DNA from: Lama glama
Taxonomy: Eukaryota
Direction of reading: 5' to 3'
Assembly: GCA_028534125.1 (NCBI GenBank)
Contig: CM052816.1
Coordinates: 101,246,001 to 101,310,000, forward strand
DNA length: 64,000 nt
The notes under the pieces are model-generated. The model was given only the letters and a program-made list of their open reading frames with translations, made no database searches and had not been told where the DNA came from. Position numbers and translations under genes: made by a program. Positions within the stretch are counted from its first letter, which is position 1. Every line of letters begins with the position of its first letter. This document shows, in pieces, positions 47,340 through 58,759 of the stretch.

Positions 47340-49260
47340 CTGCTAACTTAGAATTCTTCACAAATGAAAGTGCATCTCAAAATACATTAAAAAATTAGAC
47401 TTTACAGACACGCCAGAGCTGGAAGAATTCACAGCAAATCTGCTCCACAAGAAATGTTGCAGGGAGGTCTTCCAGCAGCAGAGGATGGTGCCAGGTGGGT
47501 GGAAATCTGATCTACACAGAGGACGGAGGGCACCAGAAGCAGTAACCACATGAGTAAGTACTGACTGACTTTCATATCACTTACATTATCTTGCAAAGTA
47601 ACAAACCACTTAAAGCCAAAATAATAACAATGTTTTGTGGGGCTCTTAACGTGTGGGGGGACACATATGAGCGCCAGCACAGACGCAGGAGGTGGGCCAC
47701 GGAGGCTCTCACACCAGGTGTGAGATGCGATGTGATTCCAGGCTGAGCGAGACAGGTTCCAGACACACCATAAACCCGACAGCGACCTCTAGAATAAAAC
47801 GGTCAGTAAAGGAGACACACTACTCAGGACAGGAGGGGAGGGCGTAGCTCAGTGGCAGAGCGCGTGCTTAGCAATCCCCAGTACCTCCATTAAAATACAT
47901 AAATTAATAAATAGATACACCTAATTACCTCCCCTCCCCTCCCAAAAATACTCAATGCAGAAGGCAGAACAATATGGAAAGAGGAGCAGAAAACAGTTGG
48001 GGCAAATCGAAAACCAGCAGCAAAATCACAGATTTAAACCCAGCCATATCAGTAATCACATCAAATGTAAATGGTTTAAACACTGCAATTAAAAGGCAGG
48101 GATTGCCAGACTGACTTGAAAAAGCAAGATCCAAGGACACAGATGGTTAAAAATCAAAGCCTGAGAGGAAATCCACCATGTCAACATCAGGAAACGTAGG
48201 TTTCAGAGAAATAACATTACCACAAAATAGTCGTTCCATAAAAACACAGGCATCGGTTCCTCAGAAGGACCCATCAGGCCTAAATGTCTGTGTGCCTAGT
48301 AACAGAGCTGTAAAGCACACGGAACAAAACTGGTTAGAAATGCAGGGAGAGGCAGTGGAGTCCACAGCTGGAGGAGGTTTCAGCGCCCATCTCAGTAGCG
48401 ACCCACCAAGTGTAAGGTGCTCTCTGTCCGAGCACGGGAAGCAGACAAGGTCGTCCCACGGGACCTGTTTGTAGCCACCCCACCCCCATCAGAAGTACAC
48501 ACATTCTTCTCAAGAGTATATAGCACATTTATCAGGAAAGGATATTCTGGGCCATAAAAGCAGCCTAAGTAAATTTAAAATGATTAAAGTCATGCAAATT
48601 ACGTTCTTTAGCCCCAACAGCAGAAAGACCTGGGAAGATGGCCACGTGTTTGGAAATTAAGTATCACACTTGAAATACACCATGGATCAAAGAAGAAACA
48701 AAAGGGAAATGAGAAAGTACTCTGAATGGAATGAGAATGGAATGAAAATGAAGACGAACACAAAACGCCCAAGGCTGTGTTTCTGGCGGCGGGCCGGAGC
48801 ACAGCTGAAGCACGCAGGGCATCCGCGGCCCAGCAGATGCGCAGTTCCCGCAGCTGCCGCCTCCAACCAAGAGAGCGGATGAGACCCAGAGGCAGCAGAA
48901 GATGTAATAAGTATCAGAGCAAAAGCCAGTGGCAGAACAGACGACACGGAATGCCAATGAGCTCGAAACCTGGCTCTTTGAGAAGACAGATAGAATGAAG
49001 ACGCCTCCAGCCAGACTGATCAGGAGAAAGAGGGAAAACACAGTCATGGTGCCAGTTTTGAGGGAGGAGGCATCACTCCAGATTCTACACATTTAAAGAA
49101 CAGCAAGAGAAAATCTTGGCTTACTTTGTGCCAGTGCAGCCAACAGTGTGGACACGAGGACAAATGCCCTGAGAGACACAAGCCACCAAAGCCCCCACAA
49201 GAAGAAATCGGTGACTGAAGAGCCCTCTGTTCCGAAAGGTCAGCTCCCACCAAGAGAACT
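47340..49260 (+). mobile_element. Old LINE-1 (ORF1 end through ORF2 EN and beyond), degenerate
   Basis: atatcagtaatcacatcaaatgtaaatggtttaaa, tacacattcttctcaag, attctgggccataaa, tggaaattaa motifs of L1 ORF2. Confidence 0.8.
47832..47948 (+). mobile_element. tRNA-derived SINE (camelid-like), internally deleted, inserted in L1
   Basis: gggagggcgtagctcagtggcagagcgcgtgcttagca|atccccagtacctccattaaaa...cctaattacctcccc. Confidence 0.85.
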
Positions 49261-49439
49261 CGAGGGCCAGGTGGCTTCGCGGTGCGCCCACCGGGCACCG
49301 AGGGAAGAAACGCGCCAGCGCTGGCGCCCTCCGGAAGTCTGGGACGGGGGCTTCCCGCCCCCCGGCCGCGTCGGTCAGACGTCATGGGGGGAACCCTGGA
49401 ACGTTGCGCTCGGTCGCCCCCAAACTTTGGGGCTGTTAC

Positions 49440-50250
49440 GTCAGTGTCTTAGCTTGTTTCTTCCCGAGCCTCACGGTGAGGTCTTCCTTCCCCCCACCTG
49501 CTGTCCCTGCTCACGCTTCTGACACCAGACCTGCCTTCTGGAAGCACATCCCTTTGAGATGCGGCTGCTTGGAAACCCCTCCAGGTTCTCTGCAGTCAGC
49601 ACGTCTTGTTTCACCCTCCTTACTGACATTCTCCAGGCAGACAGGCTCCTCCTGGCGCCCGCAGCTGTCTCGGCGTCTTCCCGAGTATCTTGCTGCTGGC
49701 AAGTCCGCGGCGCGCCAGCCCCTCCGTGCGGAGCCGCGTGTCCTCGGCGCCCGGCTCTCCTGCCGCCGCGGGGCACTCCCTTCAGCAGCGTGTCCGCGGC
49801 TCTGTCGCAGGACGGTCGCAGCCAGGCTCTCCCAGACGCGCCCTCTTCTCGCCACGATGTTGTGTCTCTGGCCTCTTGTTCCCAGTCTCCTTGTCCCTCA
49901 CGCTGAGGTCAGGGCTGCTTTTCCACACTGTGGATGTTCTCTGCGTTGGTGCTTGGTTCATTTTACTGAACTTCTTATTGTGGTTCTAGAAGTTCGATTT
50001 GATCCCCTTGCGATCCTCCCGGTTGTTCCAGTGGTCCTGCCCTGAGGTCACACCTTGTCCCCTGCTTCTGTCCTCCGCCAGGAGACAGCTGGGCACGTGC
50101 TGTGGTGTCCCTCAGCGGCCGCAGAGCCTGCGGCCCTGGCCCCGCCGTTGCGGTGCTCATCTGTGTCTGCCCTCACTCGTGCTACTTCGTCCTCCCGCGC
50201 TCTTGGAGGCTTTTGATTGTGGGTTCATATTTCGTCACAACTGATCTGCA
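49440..50250 (-). mobile_element. Probable antisense L1 ORF1-region fossil, highly diverged
   Basis: Pyrimidine-rich strand with L1-like phrasing; GC-shifted; weak recognition. Confidence 0.4.
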
Positions 50251-52179
50251 GGCATCTGGAAGCCTGAAGGGTTGAGGATTCCTCGTCGGGAGCACCAGCC
50301 CCCAGGGCTCTGTGAGCATGAACTGACGTCAGATCTTCCAAGGCCTCGGTTCACAGAAGTGTGCAAGCCTGGGGACCGGCCGGGACCAGGTGACGTCCGC
50401 TCTGGAAGCCAGGGTGAAGAATCTGCATTTTATTCTAGGAGCGGCGAGAAGGCTCTGGGTGGTGTGATGCTCTGGCCTGGGCTCTTCCGAGATGGTCCTG
50501 GTGCTTCCCGGCTGAGTGGAAGGGGCAGAAACCCGGACTGGCGGATTCCGCCTGCCTTTGATCCCGACCAGTGGCGGGGCTGTGTCTGCGAGAAGTTCTG
50601 GCTCACTCCCCTCCCAGTGAGACTTGGGAGCCCTGGCTTTGTGGTTGTCGCCTCTTCCCCCCCACCCCCACCTTGCTCTTGCTCCCGGGAGCTGATCTGC
50701 CCCGAGTTTCTCTGGGACCTGGTGAGGACCTCACAGAGGCACCCCGCCCTGTGCCTGGCCCACCAGGGAACCAGGACGTGGCTGGACCAGGAGTGATTAA
50801 CCGACTTAATTCTGTAAGTAAATTCCACTGTTCAGCAACCGACGGGATAATTTTATCTTACTGCTTTCTTAAATTTCATCAAATAACTTTCAGGGGTGCA
50901 GAAAGTGGAAGTCACGCGTGTGAGAGGAGCTGAACCGTGTTTGCCAAAGTGCAAGGACTAAATACCCCGTTTGGAGGGATTTTTAGTCCTAAGCACTTTT
51001 TATTGGTTTTCATAAGGTGGTTTAAGGTGCTGGAGAAAGTACACAAAGATGTGGAAACGGGTCAGGACGGATTAGTGGCCAAGCCGCCGGGGGAGGAGAT
51101 GAAAGGCCTCGTCCGCTGAGAAAGTGGAAGGATGAGTTCTCCTGGGAGCAGCCCCCACCCTGCCCCTGCCCCCGCCCCCGCCCCTGGCAGCTATGACCTG
51201 GTGGAGCCACGTCCCCCAGCCCCCGGTCCCCTCCCCCTGCACACACACAACCTCTGCCTCTTCTCCTGGCTGACTTCAGCTCCCGGGTGCCAGCCGGCCG
51301 CCATGGGGGACCCCGGACCTGCACTCGGGGAACCTGGGCCTGTGTCCCAGCTCTGCCCCCAAATTATCGGGGCTTTTCAGGAAGCCACCACCTCTGCACC
51401 TGTAAGAAAAGCCGGGGACGCCTGCCCACCTCCTCCCCGGGGCTGCTGGGCGGGCGGGCTGCTGAGCAGGAAGCCATGTGGATGTAAAGCTCTGCATAAA
51501 CGAAGACCCTCCTTAGTGTTGGTTCTCCTTACCGCTAAGATTAAGAACTGCTCCAGTGAGCTTGACATGTGACACACCACCACAAAACACCCACGTGTGA
51601 CTCTGCCCCCGGAGAACAGCCAGTCTCCGGACCGACAGAACCGGGGAGATGATAAAACGGGCTGCTCTGCACCCCCAGGACGGGGAACAGTGGCGGCTGG
51701 GCAGTGGGTTCCCTGGAGGCAGAAACCTGGGAGCCAGAATGGACCACCCTCCCCCCAGGCCTGGCAGGACAGCCGTCCCCTCCCATGCGGGTGGTCCTGC
51801 AGCTTCTGTGTCCTCCGCTCCGTCCCCTTCCCCACAGGCCGCCTGCCTTGCCCTCTGGTGCCAGGAGGAAGTCCAGTGCCTCTGACCCCTTTGCTTCTTC
51901 AGAAAATGCTTCCTAAACGCTGATCCCCAAGCCTGCCGCGGCGCGGTGCCTCCCTGTCTCTCAGCGACTACCGTGAAGGCCAGTGCCCCTTCCGTCGGTC
52001 GCTTACCCCTTCTCAGAGCCAGTCCCGCCTCAGCCGAGCGCAGGTCTTGGGGTGGCAGCCAGTGCCCAGATGCGTGTCCAGGCGCCTCCTCCCGGGCGTC
52101 TCTGGCCCTGCAGGAGTCAAGGCCTCTCAGGACCAGCGAGTTTCTCTCGTCTACACCCCCCTCTGTCAGAGCACCTGCA

Positions 52180-52760
52180 GCAAAAATCAGTGTCACCACC
52201 AAATGCAGGCGAGGACTCGGAGAAACGGGAACTCTCCTAAGTTGCTGGTTGGAATGCAAGTTGGCGCAGCCCCTGCAGAACAGAAGACGAACAAGTGCCT
52301 AGGACATGACCCCTGGACTCGGACCCCAGGTTAGGAACAGTCACGTAATTACGAATACTGCTCACCAACTCCCGGTCAGCTGTCCAGCAGCTGCATCTGT
52401 CGTAGCTCCAACGTGGGAGAGACCCAGGGGCCCCTCAAGAAGCCACGGGGTAACGTAGCTGCACTCCCACGCCTAGAATGCTGTCCTGAGATCCAAGAGA
52501 CAGACGACGACACGCAGCACAGGCCACGGCGAGGGGAAAAGCCAGCGTCAGAGCTCACCTGTGGTACTTTCCACCTTCGTAAGTGTCTTGAAGGGACAGG
52601 GTTTCACCACAGAGCAGGCTCCTGGTCAGCAGGGTGGGGGGTGTGACGGGCACCACACAGGGCCTCCTGGAGATGGTGGGACCGTTGTGTATGCTGATGG
52701 CAGTGCTGGTCACACCAGCCTACACAGGCGACAGAATGCCATCAACCTGTACCCACAGGC
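52180..52760 (+). mobile_element. L1M ORF2 3' end and 3'UTR fossil
   Basis: caccaaatgcaggcgaggactcggagaaacgggaactctc...ttgctggttggaatgcaagttgg. Confidence 0.65.
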
Positions 52761-52879
52761 TGCACCAGGGTCTGGCTCTGTCCACTGAGTCACGCGGGAG
52801 TAACCACCAGGGGCGCTGGGAAAGGGACCCGAGGGCAGAGCTGTTTCCCCTGAGCAGCTGCACTCTCTCTGCCGCCCTG

Positions 52880-53080
52880 AGTGTCGTGGTCAGAGTAATG
52901 CCTCGGGGTGCCCCTTCCTGGTCCCGGAACCTGGGAGCATGACCTCCCGGCACAAGGGACTTTGCAGATGGAGATGATCCTGGGCAAGGTGGACCCTAAG
53001 TCAGTCAGAGGGTCCTTGTCAGGTCAGGGAGGGAGCAGTGGCAACAGAGCAGAGGTTGGAGTCAGAGAGCCTGGAGGGTC
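52880..53080 (+). mobile_element. MLT1 MaLR LTR fragment
   Basis: aagggactttgcagatg...gagatgatcctgg...gtggaccctaa...agggtcctt...gcagaggttggagt. Confidence 0.6.
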
Positions 53081-53096
53081 CTGGCAGGGCCCAAGG

Positions 53097-53100
<4 letters not shown>

Positions 53101-53134
<34 letters not shown>
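53101..53134. repeat. (TC)17 microsatellite
   Basis: Perfect TC run. Confidence 0.95.
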
Positions 53135-53137
<3 letters not shown>

Positions 53138-55029
53138 CCTGCCACTAGTGTCTGGTCCTCAGGCCCCAGCGCTGGGCTTGGGGACACTGTTGGGCTGCTT
53201 GCTTTTACCCCATTGTGGTCAGAAGTTTGCGTGTGTCCCATTGCGTTGTGCTATTGGCAGCCAGTCTCACCAGCTGAGACTGGCTTGGGTCCTGGTGCTG
53301 TCTCGGGTCTTGGCTGCACATCAGAGGCATGGACGCCATGTCCCCAGGGTGCCCAGGTGGTGGAGCAGGCGCCGCACACCAGGGGTGCCGTCTGGTGGGC
53401 ACGGGGGTGCCAGACACCCCACTGCACTTGTCTCCACCCACACGCGGGGCCCTCCCGCACCGGCAGGACTGGGGCACCCCCGAGGCCAGTGGCAGTGAAC
53501 ACAAGAAGCAACATGTGGCCCCACGAAGGACAGCCCTGCTCTCGAACCAACGGCTTAATCAGTAATTTAAACACCAGCCAGGCCCCAAGCCAGGCTCAAC
53601 AGTCGGAGTCTGCGGAGTTCCTTTCTCCCTCCTTTGGGTACATTCATCCTCTTCGCCATCTGCCGTGGCTCCTCACCGACCAGGGACGGCGGCCCAGTGC
53701 CGTCTCTGCAGCCGGGCGGGGACAGCTCCAGGCCCGCAGGCCCGCAGGCCAGCAGGCTCTGCACCCACTCCCGAGAGCAGCCCAGTGTCCAACCGCTGCG
53801 TGCACGCTGTTGGACACCCCTCAGGGTCAGGGTGTGTGTCACTGGTTGGGGGGGCCTGCTAGTCCCTTCAGTGACAATCACACATCAGTAGTTGGCTCCT
53901 GGCACAGAATCCACTCTGTTGGGAAACTTCAGACGTGAAGTGTGATGTCCATCCGTTGACTTCCAGAAGTTCCAGAGTCGGGTTTTGCTGTATTTCATCA
54001 TCAGCCAACAGTAGGAACTGTTGCCTGGGAACATTTCCATGTTTTATGATGCAGCGATTTAAGGCATCGCCAGCTTCCCAGAGACAGACTGACTGACGTG
54101 TAATGTGAAGAGAGGATGCAGAAGGTGAGACATTTCTGGTCGAGCTGGAAGAGGTTCCTCACCGCCAGCACAGCATTAGCCACGCTCGTGAAAGGTTCTG
54201 TCTCTCTTTTTTTTTTCACAATTAGAATTTCCATGCTGGTTTCTCCGGTTTCTTGCTGCTGGAAAAGACCAAATTTCCCAAAGCCACCCCAAATCCTCGA
54301 GTGGCAGAAAGAAGCAAGCCTCAGAGACCTCACGGTGCTCACCCAGTGGACTTCCAGGACAGGCAGCCCTAGTCCCGACTGCTAACAAGCCCAGCGGGCA
54401 GACCCGGAGCAAGCAGGTAAATGGGGAACCTGCCCAGCGGAGGGAGAGCAGAAGCCTGTGTAAATGCTCTGGCCATGATCAAACACCATTTCCAAAGTTT
54501 CAGCAGTTCGGTGTTTGCCAAACTCAGGTGCTTCATCCCCACGAGCCTCCCGAGACTTGCAAGTTTCCCGACTCCGAGGGATTCGAACCTGAACATCCTG
54601 CAGCTCTGGGTTTGGGTGAAAGCTCATTAGGTGAGTGCTCTGAACCATCTTGTGCATGCGACAGTCAAACTGCCCCCCGAATCTGGGGAGGGTCTCTGCC
54701 GCTGGCTGGAAGGCGAGGGCTTCTGGCTCCTCCTGGGGCTGCAAGCCTGTGGGAGGCCCTTGACCTGCAGTCACACCCTCCTCGGGCTCTGGTGTGAAGG
54801 GAGCCATGGGCAGGTGCCAGGAGCCTGCAGACAAAGCCCCCCAGGGATGGAGCCTGCAGGCAGTGCCCCCCAGACACTGAGCCTGTGCCTCTGTCGCCTC
54901 CCCTTGCTTTGGCTGACCCACAGGCTGGGTGATTCAAAGGGAATAGATTTGGGGGTTTCTGTTTAAGGTGGGGACCACAGAAGCCAAAGAATCCTCAAAA
55001 AGAAGCTACAGACCGGGGTGGAGGAGACC

Positions 55030-55614
55030 AAGTCGGCCGCTGCTGCCCACTGCCCGCTGCCCGCAGCCGCGCCAGGAGGAGCTCTGGGAGCAGCGCCGCG
55101 GCCGGGCCTGACCGTCGAGGATGCGCCCGAGCCCTTGGTTTGTCCCGCCCGCCTGGCCGGCGCGGTGGCATCCGTTCTCCTCTTTGCACATCACTATACG
55201 TCGGCTGTCCTGCTCCTTCCAAAGCCCCTGCTGGACCCCAGAGCATCCCTCATGGGCCGGTCACGGCCACGTGATAAAGTGACAAACCAGAAGGACCCGC
55301 CCCCCAGGGGGCGCAGAACTCCGCCCTCAGGGACCCCACGTTATGGTCCCCTCCCTCAGGTACCACAGAGCCTCTCCTCGGTGCGACCCTCGCGCGACCC
55401 CTGAGCCTGGGAGGGGTCGCGGCGCGTGGGTGGGGAGGCGGCCCGGGACAGCTGAGCGGTGGGGACAAGTCCTCGTGGTACCTGTGCGAACACCGGGCCT
55501 CACCCTCACCCGGAGGGCGGGTGAAGGGCGGGGCTGCCGGCCTCCCGCGACCCCGCCCCTTCCTCCTCCCGGCCCCGCCCCTTCCTCTGCGCAGACCCCC
55601 TCCTCTTCCCGGCC
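55030..55614 (+). promoter_or_regulatory. TERT: TERT CpG-island, TATA-less promoter
   Basis: CpG-dense; E-box CACGTG 55268-55273; GC boxes at about 55526, 55551 and 55573; TTCC ETS cores; G-tracts on the minus strand. Confidence 0.88.
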
Positions 55615-55833
55615 ATGCCGCGCGCGCTGCAGTGCCGGGCGGTGCGCTCCCTGCTGCGGAGCCGCTACCGGCAGGTGCTGCCGCTGGCCACCTTCGTGCG
55701 GCGCCTGGGGCCCGAGGGCCGGCGGCTGGTGCGGCGCGGGGACCCGGCGGCCTTCCGCGCGCTGGTGGCCCAGTGCTTGGTGTGCGTGCCCTGGGACGCG
55801 CAGCCGCCCCCCGCCGCCCCGTCCTTCCGCCAG
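55615..55833 (+). CDS. TERT: Telomerase reverse transcriptase exon 1
   Basis: 219 nt; [32 protein letters not shown]...AAPSFRQ; donor GTGGGC. Confidence 0.97.
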
Positions 55834-55923
55834 GTGGGCTGTCCCCAGGGACCCAGGTCGGGGGGCAGGGGGTGGGGAACGATGTACCTCTGTTTCCAGC
55901 GACTCAGGACCCCTTCCACGCAG

Positions 55924-57277
55924 GTGTCCAGCCTGAAGGAGCTGGTGGCGCGGGTCGTGCAGAGGCTCTGTGAGCGCGGCGCGAGGAACGTGCTGGCTTT
56001 CGGCTTCGCGCTGCTGGACGGGGCCCGCGGCGGGCCGCCCGTGGCCTTCACGACCAGCGTGCGCAGCTACCTGCCCAACACGGTGACCGACACGCTGCGC
56101 GGCAGCGGCGCGTGGGGGCTGCTGCTGCGCCGCGTGGGCGACGACGTGCTCACTCACCTGCTGGCGCGCTGCGCACTCTACTTGCTGGTGGCCCCGAGCT
56201 GCGCCTACCAGCTGTGCGGGCCGCCGCTCTATGACCTCTGCAGCGGCGCCGCGGCTCGGCCCGGACTCGCGGGCGGCCCCCAGGCAGGCCTCGGACCTAC
56301 GCGCCAAGCCCGGAACGACGGGGACGCTGGGGGACCCTGGGGGCTGCCCGCCCCGGGCGTGAAGCGGCGTTGGGGCAGCGCAGAGGGTCGTCCGCCTCCA
56401 GCCAAGAGGCCCAGACGCGCTTCGAGGCCGGAGCGAGGATCCAATGGGCAGGCGTCCGGGGCCCACCTGGGCTGGGCTACTGGGCCTAGCGACAGCGACC
56501 CCCGCGCGGTAACAGAGACCAGAGCTGCCGCGGAAGCCGAGTCTCAGGAGGATGAGGTGCCCCGGACCCGTTGCCCCCTCCCGCTGGCGGGTGGCGATTG
56601 CGGTGCCGGCTTGGCATCCTGGCAGCAGTCACGTCCCCAGGGCGTGCCCGGTCCCCGAGTGTGCGTGGAGACCAAGCACTTCCTGTACTGCCCGGGGAGC
56701 GAGGAACGGCTGCGCCGCTCGTTCCTGCTCTGCTCCCTGCCTCCCAGCTTGGCGGGGGCCCGGAAGCTCCTGGAGACCATCTTTCTGAGCTCGAAGCCCT
56801 GGCGGCCAGGGGCTCCCGGCAGGACGCGCCGCCTGCCCGCCCGCTACTGGCGGATGAGGCCCCTGTTCCGGGAGCTGCTTGAGAACCATGCGCGATGTCC
56901 CTACCAAGCGCTGCTCAGGGCTCACTGCCCGCTGCGGACCGAGGCCACCTGGTCAGGGTCAGGCATCCCGGAGCGCGATGGGGTGGACACCTGCACCCTG
57001 GAGAGGCCCACGGCAGCCCCGGAGGGGCACGCCGGCCCGCGGTGCCTGGTACAGCTGCTCCGCCAGCACAGCAGCCCCTGGCAGGTGTACGCGCTCCTGC
57101 GAGCCTGTCTTCACAGGCTGGTGCCTGCTAGCCTCTGGGGCTCCAGGCACAACCAGCGCCGCTTCATGAGGAACGTTAAGAAGCTGGTCTCCCTGGGAAA
57201 GCACGCCAAGCTGTCGCTGCAGGAGCTGACGTGGAAGATGAAAGTGCAGGACTGCACCTGGCTGCGCAGAAGCCCAG
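55924..57277 (+). CDS. TERT: TERT exon 2 (TEN, linker/NLS, CP, QFP)
   Basis: 1354 nt; [28 protein letters not shown]...ETKHFLY...QHSSPWQVY...WLRRSP; frame joins exon 3 through donor 57278. Confidence 0.95.
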
Positions 57278-58759
57278 GTGAGGAGCCCAGGTGAGCAGGT
57301 GCTGGCTGGCCCTGCAGGACCGGACCTCAGGACCTGGGACGCAACAGGGCCCTCTCCGCACCTCGCTCCAGCGCAGTGGGCTTCTTGGTGGCTGTTGGGT
57401 GGCTCCATCTGACTTCTCTGCTCCCGACCCACTCCCACCCAGTTTGCGTGAATCTGCAGACCTTCGTGGACTTGGGCAGGGTCTGGGCGCTGGGTGGGGG
57501 GGCGGTGGCAGAGAGCAGGTGAGCAGGACTGTGACGACAGACAGAGGTGCCTGGGGCTCTCGTGAGCATGCCTGCAGGTTCCTCATTACCCCTTTCCTAC
57601 TTGAAGCTTTATCACCTTGAAATGGTGCCCCACTGATAGAAATGGGGCCTGGGCCAAGAAGCCCCTTTTCAGGGGGGTGGGCAGGGCTCCTGGGTTCCCA
57701 ACGCATTTGGTCGGCGATATGCAGGTCCTAATGTGAGTTCTGACTGCATGTCTGCTAGGCTAGGGCCAGGCACACAGGAGGAGTGAAAAGACGATGTCCT
57801 TGAACGAGGCCCCAAGGTCACCGAGGGCAGAGAGGAGCAGCAGGACGCCCCCCTCCCCCGTCCAGGGAGGTGGGCAGCCCTGCGGGTCCCGGCAGGAGTT
57901 TCTGTGAAGCCAGGCCTGCGGTGTCCCTCCCACTGTGGTTTTCTGGGCTTGCTGTTGGGGTTCCTCTGGTCCAGCCGCCACTTGCCCCTCTCAGTCAGTG
58001 CCCTCCTTGTCAGACCGGAGCCAGGAAAGAAACGGACCAGCCCTCCCTGCTCTCTGCATGGTGGAGCAGCCAGAAGGACAGACCCCGGGTCGGGCCTCCC
58101 CCGAATCCCGAGCTTCCACTCCTTCACGGAGGAGGTGACTGCAGAGCCTCTGTCAGAGTCCGACTTGCCCGCCCAGGATGCATGGGACAGTTTCCTGGGG
58201 TGGGGGCTTTGAAACGCCCAGCCCCAGCCGCCAGGATCATGGTTTCCGTGGTCTCCGGTGGGCACTGGCGCACACTGTTTCCGGCTCCCAGGACACCCCC
58301 AGGCCAGGTGATGTGGACAGCTGGGATGGCCTCCCGGCCGCTCCGTCCACAGCACTGAGCTTCTTTGCCTCTGCTGAGCTGGGCTTGGCCATTGCCTTGC
58401 CCACCGTACTACCCGTTGAAACTCATCACCTCCTTGGTTCCCAGCGCCAGAGGCCAGCCCCCCAGGCTGTCCACATCTGCTGTCCGGTGTGGCCAGAGCT
58501 GTGACAAGAAGGACTCCTGCTTGCTGCCTCGACCCGGGTCCCTGGACTGCTCTTGGCCTCTGGTCAGCCTGTCCCGTCCACGCACATCTGGCAGTGATGG
58601 CTTTTCCTGCCCTGTGGGTGGGGGCGTGCCCCTCCTGCGGAGCCCCTTGGACCATCGAGTGGCTCCCACGTCTCAGCAGGGCTGTCGGCTGAGGTCTGAA
58701 GTTCATCATCTTCCGCTTTCTGGGCCGCCTGCCATTCCTCCTCTGACTCCCAGTCCTGC

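Noticed and set aside
55327-56466. 379-aa ORF antisense to TERT
   Set aside because: Shadow of a GC-rich coding strand with no independent support; an antisense lncRNA cannot be judged from sequence.
55615-57294. 559-aa ORF taken as a complete protein
   Set aside because: It is TERT exon 1 + intron 1 + exon 2 + five intronic codons; intact downstream exons show a normal spliced gene.
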